From a virus, in the IMG/VR virus record IMGVR_UViG_3300037258_000282, positions 1-64,000 of that record: DNA of 64,000 bases; one strand, written 5' to 3'. The notes beneath the pieces are model-generated. The model had not been told where the DNA came from. It worked only from the letters and a program-made list of their open reading frames with translations, and did not search any database. Made by a program: the position numbers and the translations under genes. Shown here in pieces: positions 35,889 to 45,920 of this stretch. Each line of letters starts with the position of its first letter. Position 1 is the stretch's first letter.

Positions 35889-36806
35889 CTACGCAGTCTC
35901 ATCAGGAATGGTCTTTCTGTATTGAATCCATCCGTGGCAAAAATTACCACTCAAGTGAGGATTAGCTGGAACGCCGGACGGAGTGAGATCGTCGGCTTTA
36001 GCCTGATGCTCGGTGGGAGACGCGTGCATAGGTTTCTCTCTAACGAACTTGTCGTGAAGCTCTATCGCCCTCTCCAAGTTCATATCAAAGCCATCTACCG
36101 TCTTATATGAAGTAGATCCGCATCTAGCTACAGAAAGCGCTATCGCGTTCCTATCAGACGCGAGAGCTGGTATTCCATCAGAATCTTCAATATGCAAGTC
36201 GTCAATACTAACAAACGGCCAGTGCCAGCGTCCTGGTGGTAGTACGTTGACTTGCGCGAAACCCATCGCCTTCCTGATCTCGCCCGCGAGTAGGCGGAAA
36301 TGCGGCTCCGCCGCCTCGTGATCTCTGAGAGCAAAGAAGTTTGACCATTCCGTAGACGTGACTACCACCGTGATGTGGGAAAACGGCTCAAGCAGGCGGT
36401 TGATTATCTGCTTGTGATATCCTAACCGAGCGTAGCGCTGGGCCTTCTTAACCGCATAGTCTCTCGCCTCGAGCCACTCTTCCTCGGCGTCGAAGACTGT
36501 TCGGTACCCATAATCTTCCTTAGACTCATCGTCTTCCATAAATTCGATATGTGGGCGGTGACCAATACCCTGCATGCCGGGTTTATTCATTCCCCACACG
36601 AGCGGTACGAATGGATCGCTCATGACGTCTTCGATAAGTTTTGCTACGGGAATAGCTCGACTAGACGCCGAGTTCCTCGACATCACTCTATGAGTCATAA
36701 ACTCAGAGTGAATGCACCTGGGATAGCGGAGCAGTAGCGTATCTATCCTAGAGTTAGTCAGGGCGTGTCGAGAGGCCAAGATGCTTTTAGCAGTGATAGT
36801 CGTCAA
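35889..36806 (-). CDS. thyX: flavin-dependent thymidylate synthase
   Basis: EFMTHRVMSRNSASSRAIP, NRLLEPF, NFFALR, HASPTEH. Confidence 0.85.
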   Translation of the reverse strand: MTTITAKSILASRHALTNSRIDTLLLRYPRCIHSEFMTHRVMSRNSASSRAIPVAKLIEDVMSDPFVPLVWGMNKPGMQGIGHRPHIEFMEDDESKEDYGYRTVFDAEEEWLEARDYAVKKAQRYARLGYHKQIINRLLEPFSHITVVVTSTEWSNFFALRDHEAAEPHFRLLAGEIRKAMGFAQVNVLPPGRWHWPFVSIDDLHIEDSDGIPALASDRNAIALSVARCGSTSYKTVDGFDMNLERAIELHDKFVREKPMHASPTEHQAKADDLTPSGVPANPHLSGNFCHGWIQYRKTIPDETA

Positions 36807-37825
36807 ATCTTTCTCCAGTCTGCGAGTCGCATTCTCGCCGATAATCCGTTAAACGTGTTTTCCTTAAGAATAAATTGAAAGTTAGTGCTCTCATCAGCGA
36901 GAAACATATCGTTGACGTCCTTATACGCGTGAAGATACTCCGGCCATATGGCCACAGAATATCCAAAGTCTATCGCCTTTGAGATCTTTCTTACCGTATC
37001 GGCAGATCTAGGCTCGTTGTCATAAACGATGACTAAGTTAGTCCTGGGAAATGACCGACAAGACGACGCGAGGTCTCCGCCGAGAGTGGCTATCGAGTTC
37101 TCAACGAACATCGAGTCGATCGGTCCTTCAAACACGTATATAGTCTTGTCTCTATCTACAGTATCTAAGCCATAGATAGAAGTAGACTCACCATCAAGCA
37201 TCGTGGTGATGTATTTAATAGAACCATGAGTACTTAAGAGCGCCCTACCCTGAAAGCCAAATAGCTTTCCCTCCTCTGATAGGAGTGGTATGAGTAGACG
37301 AGTCTCGTCTAAAGAGAGAGCTCGATCTGAGAACTTTCCAGGCAATAGAGAATTAGTAAATCCCATGAAGTTTGGACACTCGTATAGTTTAGTCCAATAC
37401 TTCTTGGGTATCTTCCTACTCTCGACGAAGTGAAGAGTTTTCGAAGTTGACTCTAAGACTGACACTCGCTTAAGTCGCTTGAGGCATCCCATGTCGTCGA
37501 ATCGAGGAGGGGCGTATTCAACAGTCGCGATCTTAGGGAGGGCCTCCCTCTTGTCTCTCAGTAGATCGAGAGAGTACTCTCCATAAGAGACTGGATCAAA
37601 ATCTTTGAGAAAGGTGGAAAACCTCCTGGAGGCGCAGCCGTTGTGACAGTGAAAGAACCACTGCCCGTCGCGAGTATGAAAGTAGGCGCGAGCCTTAGTC
37701 TTTGATCTCTTGGAGTCTCCGCAGAAGCAGCAGCGAAAGTTATAGAGAGAGTCACTCTTCCTGCTGAATCTCTCTAACTTTACGGACACCTGATTTATGT
37801 ACTTAACGTCTACCCAGGAGCTCAA
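36803..37825 (-). CDS. DNA primase (gp61)
   Basis: NFRCCFCGDS zinc ribbon, FQGR, EGPIDS, YDNEPR, KDVNDM. Confidence 0.93.
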   Translation of the reverse strand: MSSWVDVKYINQVSVKLERFSRKSDSLYNFRCCFCGDSKRSKTKARAYFHTRDGQWFFHCHNGCASRRFSTFLKDFDPVSYGEYSLDLLRDKREALPKIATVEYAPPRFDDMGCLKRLKRVSVLESTSKTLHFVESRKIPKKYWTKLYECPNFMGFTNSLLPGKFSDRALSLDETRLLIPLLSEEGKLFGFQGRALLSTHGSIKYITTMLDGESTSIYGLDTVDRDKTIYVFEGPIDSMFVENSIATLGGDLASSCRSFPRTNLVIVYDNEPRSADTVRKISKAIDFGYSVAIWPEYLHAYKDVNDMFLADESTNFQFILKENTFNGLSARMRLADWRKI

Positions 37826-37883
37826 TCACGTATCTCTCATATTGAGATACTAATCTATACCTCTACCATCGATTTGTCAATAT

Positions 37884-38471
37884 TCACTTACTCACGTGAT
37901 CCGGGACCTCTGCTGGAGACGCTCCCCGTCTGACCTGAAGTTCTAGCTCTAGACTCTTTATCCTATCCTGAGCCGCAGCCAGCATCTCCGCGTCGTGCTT
38001 ATCCTCCAACTGAGTAGCTCTCGTCTCATCCCTGTTGATCCTCTCGCGCATGAGCTTTATCTCGCTGTTGAACGTGTCTGAAGTCACTGCTACTCTTGAG
38101 AAGTCCTTAAAATCTGACACGACCTGGCGAAGATCGTCGTTGATAGGCTTAAGTATGGCCGCGATAAGTCCGATAACTACTATAGCGACTCCGGCGGCGG
38201 TCGCCCAGAACGCGAGCCAGTTAGTGGACCGCGCCGAGTTCCAAGCGGCCGACTGAGTCTCTATCTTGGTGACTATATCCTTGATGGACTCAGAGATAGA
38301 CTCAGCCATGCCATGCATCTGAGACGAGAAGTCCTTCTGAACGTCATCAATCTTATCTGAGAGAGTTAGAAAATTGCGCTCGGCTCCAGACACTCTCTCA
38401 GAGAGCGCCCCGAGATTTATACTTCCCTCGGCCCAAGTGTTCTCGTAGTTGGTCCTACCGACGATCGGCAT
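37884..38471 (-). CDS. coiled-coil protein with a single TM
   Basis: central hydrophobic helix. Confidence 0.65.
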   Translation of the reverse strand: MPIVGRTNYENTWAEGSINLGALSERVSGAERNFLTLSDKIDDVQKDFSSQMHGMAESISESIKDIVTKIETQSAAWNSARSTNWLAFWATAAGVAIVVIGLIAAILKPINDDLRQVVSDFKDFSRVAVTSDTFNSEIKLMRERINRDETRATQLEDKHDAEMLAAAQDRIKSLELELQVRRGASPAEVPDHVSK

Positions 38472-38481
38472 CTTACTCTCC

Positions 38482-38664
38482 TCATTTTACTCTTGACAGC
38501 TTCTTAATCTTAACTATATCAGACAGCTTCTTGCGCTTGATGGGACGCGCTATTAGAAGTGGGTCGAACGTCTGAATAGGACCTGATGAGGACGAGGAGG
38601 CGCCCATGGAGTTAGTTGGAACTCCAGACTCAGTCTCAGCTATGATCTCTCTATCTTCTCTCAT
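38482..38664 (-). CDS. small hypothetical protein
   Basis: PTNSMG...FDPLL, basic tail. Confidence 0.6.
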   Translation of the reverse strand: MREDREIIAETESGVPTNSMGASSSSSGPIQTFDPLLIARPIKRKKLSDIVKIKKLSRVK

Positions 38665-39053
38665 ATGCCTCTGAGTCTCTCTACTATCGCCTGTTCCATC
38701 GCTATGAATCTGGTATCCACTAACAGTTCGTCTCCTACGTTACGAATCTCATTCTGCATCACGTCGAGCAGTATAAGGAACGGCTTGACGTACTTCATCT
38801 GATCCTTCAACTTTAAGTATAATATCTTACATAAGACCACTGGACCAAAGCAGTTATTAAGTATTATGATGTGGTTGAGGATCAATCTCTCTTTGAGACT
38901 TCCGCCCTCGACGTACCGCGTTATCAACTTCTTTATGTATTTTACCCTGTTTATATCTTCCATCACGTCCTCTATCGAGGAGAACTTTACGTCTCGATAG
39001 TGGCGAACGCAGAAAAGGAGGAAATTATCTTCGACTAACTTTTCTTCGTTCAT
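38661..39053 (-). CDS. conserved T4-like hypothetical protein
   Basis: ED..R.KYIK+L..RY, ERLILNHII.L.N.FG. Confidence 0.8.
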   Translation of the reverse strand: MNEEKLVEDNFLLFCVRHYRDVKFSSIEDVMEDINRVKYIKKLITRYVEGGSLKERLILNHIIILNNCFGPVVLCKILYLKLKDQMKYVKPFLILLDVMQNEIRNVGDELLVDTRFIAMEQAIVERLRGI

Positions 39054-39056
39054 ATC

Positions 39057-39338
39057 TTAGAACGTCGACAGTGCCGCTCTCATCCAAGTATTAGATGAAG
39101 TGCACATATAAATGTAGCCAGAGTCATACGCGAAGTTTCCTGCGTTACCCACTGACGCGGAATTTGCTGGAGCTGAGTTGGAGATTATCACGTTGGCGCA
39201 GAGATTCGCTAACATTATCTGCCTGAGAGTGGCGTTAGCGTTCACTCCATTGGCGTTGTATATCACGAGCACCATGTCAGTAGCCGCCAGATTTGCGGCT
39301 ATTGGAAGCTCATCTACTGCTACTGGATTCTGGGCCAT
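39057..39338 (-). CDS. putative virion structural protein
   Basis: PANS...G..G..AYD..YIY.C...NTW.R. Confidence 0.65.
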   Translation of the reverse strand: MAQNPVAVDELPIAANLAATDMVLVIYNANGVNANATLRQIMLANLCANVIISNSAPANSASVGNAGNFAYDSGYIYMCTSSNTWMRAALSTF

Positions 39339-39341
39339 ATA

Positions 39342-40682
39342 TTAGACTGACCCACCGCCGGTATTGGCCACCGCCGAGATTATGTTGAGCAAGTCAGAAT
39401 AGAGTATCGCGTTGGCCGTGGAGTCCGCCGAGAAGGCGCCCTGCTTGCCGATAGTTCCAAGAGCTACGAGAGTCTCATAGTGGACTCTGTTAGCTCTTCC
39501 TCCTGCCACGAGAGTGAACACGTTCGCTCCATTCGAGGCGAAGAAAGATAGAGGCGCGGCGATGTTACCGTGAACTAGAGTTATTCCACTTCCTAGGTTG
39601 AACGTTGGAGTGAAGGTGTCGACCAATGGACCAACTCCATTTCCGTGGGCACCTGAAGCGTTGGAATATACTAGAGTATACGCGGAGGCGACGTTCGTGA
39701 ACCGAGATCCGGCATTCACTACTCCAAAGGATAGGTTTCCTCCGGTGGAGTTGGTCGTGACGTTGACGACCGCCGGAATTCCAAGCGTCGGCCACGTCAG
39801 CGGATATATGGTGATCAGATCTCCGTTGGTATAGGAGGTGACGTTAGTAGTTCCATTAGACCACGTCATTCCCTTCACGTTTCCATAGATCGCTCCGTTG
39901 GCATTGGCCGTGAAGCCGTATCCAGCGTTGCTTATGGTAAACTGAAGGTTTCCTCCAGTAGAGTTAGTCGTAAATGAGATGACGGCGTTGGCCTCGCCTC
40001 CCACGGCAGTTCCCTGCAAGTTGGCGACAGGCGACGCGATGATGAGCAGATTTGAGTTGCTCCATCCAGTAGCAGTTCCCGTGAGATATACGGAGTTGAC
40101 TACAGACGTCTGTGCTACGGCCGGCGTATTGTTACTAAATCCGAAGCCAGGATTAGCTATCGCGAATGATACCGGACCGCCGATCGAGTTTGTGGTCACT
40201 AGAGCGAGACCATTCGCTCCCGACGGGGATATTAAAGTCAATCCCATATTGTTGATATATGGACCAGGAGTGTTCGCGTTAGTGTTTACGTATGCGCCGT
40301 GAACTATGTTGACCTCGGCGATTGGTCCAGTACCGGCTCGACGAATATTCCAACCAGTGTGAGTTATGAGAGACCCAGAGCCACCGGTATTCGACGCTAC
40401 GGTCGAGTGAAGATTCGCAGAATGAGCGGTATTGACGCCGATGATTCCAACGGCGATTCCAGATAGGAACGCGCCTGGAGTAGTATTCTCGAACATCTGA
40501 ACGTCGACGTTAGCTCGCGAACCCGCGTACGTGTTTCCGAGGTGGGCGTTGGCGCCGTGTGGGGCTCCATTAGGAGCCCCCTTGACATAGACGTATGTCC
40601 CTAGCGGCGCGCCAATCGTAGTTTCTATCGTAGTCGTGCTGTTGGCCACGACGGAATTTGAGTTTAATCCCCACCCGCTCAA
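39342..40682 (-). CDS. putative virion structural protein (Asn/Gly/Thr-rich, repeated TTNSTGG modules)
   Basis: late promoter TATAAATA at 40712-40719; GRANRV.YETLVA motif. Confidence 0.7.
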   Translation of the reverse strand: MSGWGLNSNSVVANSTTTIETTIGAPLGTYVYVKGAPNGAPHGANAHLGNTYAGSRANVDVQMFENTTPGAFLSGIAVGIIGVNTAHSANLHSTVASNTGGSGSLITHTGWNIRRAGTGPIAEVNIVHGAYVNTNANTPGPYINNMGLTLISPSGANGLALVTTNSIGGPVSFAIANPGFGFSNNTPAVAQTSVVNSVYLTGTATGWSNSNLLIIASPVANLQGTAVGGEANAVISFTTNSTGGNLQFTISNAGYGFTANANGAIYGNVKGMTWSNGTTNVTSYTNGDLITIYPLTWPTLGIPAVVNVTTNSTGGNLSFGVVNAGSRFTNVASAYTLVYSNASGAHGNGVGPLVDTFTPTFNLGSGITLVHGNIAAPLSFFASNGANVFTLVAGGRANRVHYETLVALGTIGKQGAFSADSTANAILYSDLLNIISAVANTGGGSV

Positions 40683-40747
40683 GTGCGTCTCCTTAGGTTG
40701 TGATTTCTTATTATTTATACCATTTGGAGACTTAACTTAGAACTCAG

Positions 40748-40939
40748 TCACTGAGTCATCATGTCGAGCACGTACGCAGACTGCTTGGATATCTTCCTCG
40801 CGACTCCATCAACTATGAGTATGTGGTGATCCTTATCGTACCTGAGATCGTGATAGTCGTGGATAACGCGCATAGCGGCCTCGTGATTACCGGCCGCTAT
40901 GATCTTCTTGATTAGATCTACCTTCTTTTCGTCAGTCAA
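40748..40939 (-). CDS. hypothetical protein
   Basis: operonic ORF. Confidence 0.5.
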   Translation of the reverse strand: MTDEKKVDLIKKIIAAGNHEAAMRVIHDYHDLRYDKDHHILIVDGVARKISKQSAYVLDMMTQ

Positions 40940-41186
40940 CGCTCTCGACTATCCTTCCAAACTCTCGCTCGATCGACTCCTTGTCGTCTGGCTTTTCAGC
41001 TTCCATGTAGCTTGAGTAATACTCACCCACCACGTCAGTTGGAATTCCATGAGTTTTTCCCGTATCTGGATGAATCAAATGAATAAACCCAAATTCGTCA
41101 GTCTTACCCATCTTAACCTGAGCCATAAGGCTTGGAGTATCTGGCCTCTCTAGGTCGAGAGATCCCATGTACTGTCTCTTTACCAT
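40932..41186 (-). CDS. hypothetical protein
   Basis: operonic ORF. Confidence 0.55.
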   Translation of the reverse strand: MVKRQYMGSLDLERPDTPSLMAQVKMGKTDEFGFIHLIHPDTGKTHGIPTDVVGEYYSSYMEAEKPDDKESIEREFGRIVESVD

Positions 41187-41207
41187 TCACCACACCGTAA
41201 GTTAAAC

Positions 41208-42683
41208 TCACTTACTCTTCTTAGAGTCCGTCAGCGCGTTTGTTGGAACACCATCTACTATCTTGTCGCCTCGACCCTTTCCGACCTGAGGACCATCGTC
41301 GTCTCGCTGAGAGCCTGGCTTCGCCTCGACCAAACCAGCCATACCGGCGATCTCGTCCCTATAGAACGTTACTCCATCTATCACTAGATTGATCTCCTCC
41401 GTGATATTCTGACAGTCTGATAGAACTCCCGTGACGTACGTCGAGATATCTTCTTTCTCTACCGCCTGATTCGCGCTCTCCTTGAATGTCTTTTTCACCT
41501 TAGACTTATAGTCTCTTACGCTGGTCTTACCACCGGCGTCGGCTTTCGAGTATGGAACCATCTCCCTGGCCTTATTCCTGGCGTCTCTGTGATCTGACGC
41601 GATGACGGCATGAACGAATCCATCTTCTGGTATGTTCATCCAGGACTTCTTGTGATGAACTATGAATATGCGACCAGAATCAGCAGAAGCTTCCTCGGTG
41701 GCCTTGACCTTAGTCTGCCCGGAATATTTCGCGAGAGCCGACTTAATTCCCTTCTCTCGCCCAGCGATGGACTTCTTAGCGTGATCGGCGGCCCACTTAT
41801 CCTGAGGGTCCTCTGATCCCTTTAGAGCCGCCGCGGTCTTCTTCTTCGCCGCGACGTCATCCCTCGCGCCACCTATGTAGCTATCAAGTTTACCATGAGA
41901 TATCTCATCTACCTGCTCAACTTCTTCCTTCACGGCCGACTTCTTCTTATCGTCGACACTCTTTGGCTCCATCTTTCCAGACGCCACGTAGTTAGCGAAT
42001 CGAGCGTTCGAGTTATGCTTAGCGTATCTCGCCAGCGTCTGTCTCGTCAGCTCTATCAGAACGTCCGACCTCGACATTCCCTCGAACATCCTCTTGGTGG
42101 TATCGGCGATCTCTCCCTGGAGCTTCTTCGCGCGCGACTCATTCTCCTTTCCCTCGAGATCGTCAGTATTGAGATCTACAGTAGCCTCGTCAAACTCACC
42201 GCGCGTGATATTCTTATCAGAAGTGCCGTTCTTGTTCTTTCTTGCGGCATCCGCGGTGATATCAGCCTTGAGCTTCTTGTCGGCCTTAGTCTTGGCGGCC
42301 TCGTCTACGATTTTATCATTTGTCTTTGGATCGGTGTCGACCTTCGTCTTGCCGGTGGTCTTCAGTATCTTACCCTTCTTACCGTCCTCTATGTCGGCGA
42401 CTTTCTTGTCGTTCTTAACCATAGAATCGTCAGAGTCTTTATCATCGGAGCTCTTGGAATCGTCGTCATTCTTTCCAAATGGAGGCTTCTTGGAGTCCTT
42501 ATCCTTAGAGTCCTTAGAGTCCTTATCCTTGGAGCTCTTATCTTCCTTTCCAAATGAAGGCTTCTTGGAGTCCTTATCCTTGGAATCCTTACCCGACTCG
42601 TCCTTCTTTTCAAACTTCTCGCTTAGAACTCCACTCACGGCGGCAATTAGGCTTTGCGGCAGGCCAAACATAGACTTAGGCAT
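41208..42683 (-). CDS. putative internal head/prohead core protein
   Basis: late-type promoter at 42724-42731; KD-rich repeats; multiple hydrophobic-x-E motifs. Confidence 0.6.
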   Translation of the reverse strand: MPKSMFGLPQSLIAAVSGVLSEKFEKKDESGKDSKDKDSKKPSFGKEDKSSKDKDSKDSKDKDSKKPPFGKNDDDSKSSDDKDSDDSMVKNDKKVADIEDGKKGKILKTTGKTKVDTDPKTNDKIVDEAAKTKADKKLKADITADAARKNKNGTSDKNITRGEFDEATVDLNTDDLEGKENESRAKKLQGEIADTTKRMFEGMSRSDVLIELTRQTLARYAKHNSNARFANYVASGKMEPKSVDDKKKSAVKEEVEQVDEISHGKLDSYIGGARDDVAAKKKTAAALKGSEDPQDKWAADHAKKSIAGREKGIKSALAKYSGQTKVKATEEASADSGRIFIVHHKKSWMNIPEDGFVHAVIASDHRDARNKAREMVPYSKADAGGKTSVRDYKSKVKKTFKESANQAVEKEDISTYVTGVLSDCQNITEEINLVIDGVTFYRDEIAGMAGLVEAKPGSQRDDDGPQVGKGRGDKIVDGVPTNALTDSKKSK

Positions 42684-42729
42684 ATGATCTTCCTTCTGAG
42701 ACGTCGGGTTAGTGATGACTCAGTATTTA

Positions 42730-43314
42730 TCACTCCTTTGCTTTAATGGACTTTAGTCGCCGCCGGACGTCCCTATACATCTCAGCTACCTTACTTTCTA
42801 TCATCGCCTCCGGCGCGCCCTGACGAAAAGTGTCAAAGTCATTCCTATCGGCGGCCTCTCTCATCATCGTGCCAGATATAATGTCTCTGCCTGGAATAAG
42901 AATTGAGTCTATAAACTTAAAGTCATAGAATCCGTGAGGGTAGGCGTTCCCATTATACTTCTTCAGTAATTCGTAGTACTCGTCGCGTCGATCTTCGCCA
43001 CTGACTACTACGAAGATCCTGCACCCATCTGCATATATCTTAGATGCGTGGTGAAGTATAGATGGAGAGTCGTGCGACGACTCTGAGATCTTAACTTGGT
43101 CTCCAAACGTAAGGCGACCGTACTTAAGTTTCTGCTTCACCGTCAGGGGGTTTTTCTTAGAACTCACCGCGTGAGACACTATGATGTTGTACTTGCCGCC
43201 GTTTTTTTCGGCTAGTGACTTCGCCTTAAGTACTCCAAGCTCGTGACCCTTAGTCCAAGGTTGTGCCCTGCCCCACCATAGGGTCTGATACTCACGCCCT
43301 ACGTCAGTCATCAA
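42730..43314 (-). CDS. cytidyltransferase-like (HxGH superfamily) protein
   Basis: GRAQP.TKGH, KNPL, G.DR, SGT.MR. Confidence 0.8.
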   Translation of the reverse strand: MMTDVGREYQTLWWGRAQPWTKGHELGVLKAKSLAEKNGGKYNIIVSHAVSSKKNPLTVKQKLKYGRLTFGDQVKISESSHDSPSILHHASKIYADGCRIFVVVSGEDRRDEYYELLKKYNGNAYPHGFYDFKFIDSILIPGRDIISGTMMREAADRNDFDTFRQGAPEAMIESKVAEMYRDVRRRLKSIKAKE

Positions 43315-44498
43315 TCTCTCTTGGAATGCTTGGCAAAATTCATCTTAGAAAACTCCGAGCGATCGACTAACTTGACGCTGTCTCCGCGTCTATTAGTCGC
43401 CACGACTCCCTCTGGGGCAGTCGGCTTACCGTCGATACTTCTCGCGTACCCACCACCGCGGCCCAGTACTTTAACTAGTACGTTCTTGGCTTTCTGAAGA
43501 TGGCCGTGTAACTTCAACATACTATCAAAGTGTTTGGAATTGTCAACGGCACGCTGAATCTTACTCGCGTATCCCTGAGCCTTCCTCTGCCTTCCAGACT
43601 CCGTCTTAAGTTTTTCTACCGCGCTCTTTGACTTATCTGTGAGAAAATTGATGTATCCATTCAGTGACGGCTCTTTTCCATTTCTGATAGAGTCGTTGAC
43701 GTGGGCTTCGATAGAAGATCCGTGATCCCTCAGAATATCAGGTGTCTCGGGCTTCATCTTCCCATATTCTCCGGTAGCTAGAGCCCGGTGAAATAGGAAC
43801 TCTCTCTGCTCGTCAGGCGAGTAGCTAGATGGATTTATCTTAATATTATTAGACATCCGGTGTACGTCAGGATGATCTTGAAACTTCGAGTGGTCCGACT
43901 CCTCCATGGGTTCGGCCCTCATCTGATGCGGCTCTCCCCTTCCCACGTACTTAGTGTGAATGGCGATGCCGAATTTAGATCTACCAACCTTCTTTCCCTC
44001 GGCGGAATCTTTGGGTACAGAATAAGTTATGAGGTTGGGAGTAAATGAAGTGTTGGCGCCATCGACTATCCTATCAAGTGAGGAGTGCATCACGTCTCCC
44101 TGGTACACTCCTCCCGTAGGTGGCATTATCTTAGGTAAGTGTCTGAGAGCAAACTTCAGCTTGTCAGTCAGACCGCTACCCGGGCCGTGATTGTTATGAA
44201 TGTCGGCGTTGGTATAGTTGATCTTAGGCTTCGAGTTAAACGCTGACTTCGTTGCTACGAAGAACTGACCGGACCTAGGATGAGTGCCAAATACTAGAGA
44301 AGGAGACCCATCCAGCTTCTCAGAGACGTGAATCTTACCATCATGTCCGAGAAGCTTTCTATGAACTCCATCGAGAAACTCAGCGGCTAGCCCCACTCCA
44401 GAGTGGCCACCGCGAATAGGAAGATCTTCTAGATGAGTGAGGTGCTTGAGCGGCGCGGCGACTCGCTCCTCAGTAACAAATTCTTGAAAACTCTTCAT
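43311..44498 (-). CDS. ATP-dependent ligase-fold protein
   Basis: HLTHLED, KLDGSP, YQGD, EGVV, KLVDR.EFS. Confidence 0.7.
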   Translation of the reverse strand: MKSFQEFVTEERVAAPLKHLTHLEDLPIRGGHSGVGLAAEFLDGVHRKLLGHDGKIHVSEKLDGSPSLVFGTHPRSGQFFVATKSAFNSKPKINYTNADIHNNHGPGSGLTDKLKFALRHLPKIMPPTGGVYQGDVMHSSLDRIVDGANTSFTPNLITYSVPKDSAEGKKVGRSKFGIAIHTKYVGRGEPHQMRAEPMEESDHSKFQDHPDVHRMSNNIKINPSSYSPDEQREFLFHRALATGEYGKMKPETPDILRDHGSSIEAHVNDSIRNGKEPSLNGYINFLTDKSKSAVEKLKTESGRQRKAQGYASKIQRAVDNSKHFDSMLKLHGHLQKAKNVLVKVLGRGGGYARSIDGKPTAPEGVVATNRRGDSVKLVDRSEFSKMNFAKHSKRD

Positions 44499-45451
44499 TT
44501 TTTTCTCAAAGCCTTGTTTATGTCTATGGAAGTATTCCTCTTCGTCGCCATATATACACCGACCCTTCCTCCCGTGTCAACATTATTTGCGCCGAGGCGG
44601 TGCTCGCACATTATCTTACATTCCACCGCCTCCGACATATAGTTGTTTCTCGCGTTAGAGTAGATGTTGTCTGCCGTGAATTTGTATATTCCCGAGCTTA
44701 TCTTCTTCAGTCCCACGCTTGACCCGTGAAGTACGGCCTGAACGTTGTCGATACCATACTTCTTTCCATGATCCATCCCGTACATAGACTTATGTATCAG
44801 ATCTCTATCTGGTGAATAATCACTATTTAGTCCAAAGTGATATGCCGGATATCCAGGTGGAAGCCACTTCTGTCCAGGAATAGTCATATCTCTTTTTATG
44901 ATGAACTTACTCACGGCGATCCTCATTCGCTCGAAGTGCATCTTATCGCACACTCCGGCAAACTGCTGAAACGTCTTTGCCTTGAGAGATAAGAAGATCA
45001 CGTGCTTCATCCCATTGACTAAGATGACGTCACACTTATGTCCGGCCACAGCGTCCGTTACTCCAGTTACCGAGAACTTCTTTCTCCCGATTATGATCGC
45101 TATAGGTCGCCCACCATTTTCCGCGACGGCCTCGGCCACCGCTACTCCGAGGGCGGCTTTCTGACTCTTCTCGATGGCCATGACGTTGTCTCTATTCTTT
45201 GGAAGCTTTGGCTTATCCAGCATAGAGATGCGCTCCGTAACCACGATCTCCCCATAGGAGAGGTCTGCGATGAAGTATCTATCGCCGTCGAGTCTGACAT
45301 TAGATACTCGAACTTGGGACTTGTATGGTATGACTGACCTTTTTCCCTTAAAGAGATAGGTCGTCATATTCATCAGGTCCTCAGTAAAGTACTTAGTCGC
45401 GTGGCTCACCGCGCGCGGACTCTCACTGTTAGCGTATATGGTTCCCATCAA
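44495..45451 (-). CDS. hypothetical protein, possible PD-(D/E)XK nuclease
   Basis: KCDVIL...FLSLK...FQQF. Confidence 0.5.
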   Translation of the reverse strand: MMGTIYANSESPRAVSHATKYFTEDLMNMTTYLFKGKRSVIPYKSQVRVSNVRLDGDRYFIADLSYGEIVVTERISMLDKPKLPKNRDNVMAIEKSQKAALGVAVAEAVAENGGRPIAIIIGRKKFSVTGVTDAVAGHKCDVILVNGMKHVIFLSLKAKTFQQFAGVCDKMHFERMRIAVSKFIIKRDMTIPGQKWLPPGYPAYHFGLNSDYSPDRDLIHKSMYGMDHGKKYGIDNVQAVLHGSSVGLKKISSGIYKFTADNIYSNARNNYMSEAVECKIMCEHRLGANNVDTGGRVGVYMATKRNTSIDINKALRKK

Positions 45452-45643
45452 CTTATCTCCATGATATGAATCGTGATTATCTGATTGACACCCACATAAG
45501 TAAGTGATAGATTTGCCTTCGTTGAAGGCGGCTTCTACTCACGAGACGATGCCATGGAGGCGCCTGTTGCGCTACGTACCAACCGTGATACAGCACGCAA
45601 CTACTATGAGATGCTGGATACATTCCGAATGGAGGCATGATAT

Positions 45644-45844
45644 ATGCGCCTCGGCAGCATTCAGCGTGATGTTGTGGCCTACCTCACTCGGTGCAGCGAG
45701 AAGCGCGGTGTGATTCGCTCTACAACTAAAGCTGATGAATTTCAGGGCTATGATCTTGAACAGGTAGAGCGCGCTCTTACTGGCCTCATGCGTCGTGGCA
45801 TCGTTCGACGCGAGGGCATTTGGTATGTTTTGGCGAAGTGGTAG
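45644..45844 (+). CDS. small hypothetical (winged-helix-like) protein
   Basis: GGAGG RBS; VERAL..L.RRG.V...G..Y. Confidence 0.55.
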   Translation: MRLGSIQRDVVAYLTRCSEKRGVIRSTTKADEFQGYDLEQVERALTGLMRRGIVRREGIWYVLAKW

Positions 45845-45920
45845 ATGCCAACACCAGTCTTCGATCGGGAGGACTTATCGTTCCCTCGGCCTACATCGAA
45901 GCGATACACTAGAGTCGACT

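Noticed and set aside
41895-42687. Long + strand ORFs opposite the KD-rich gene
   Set aside because: They are antisense shadows of low-complexity coding sequence.
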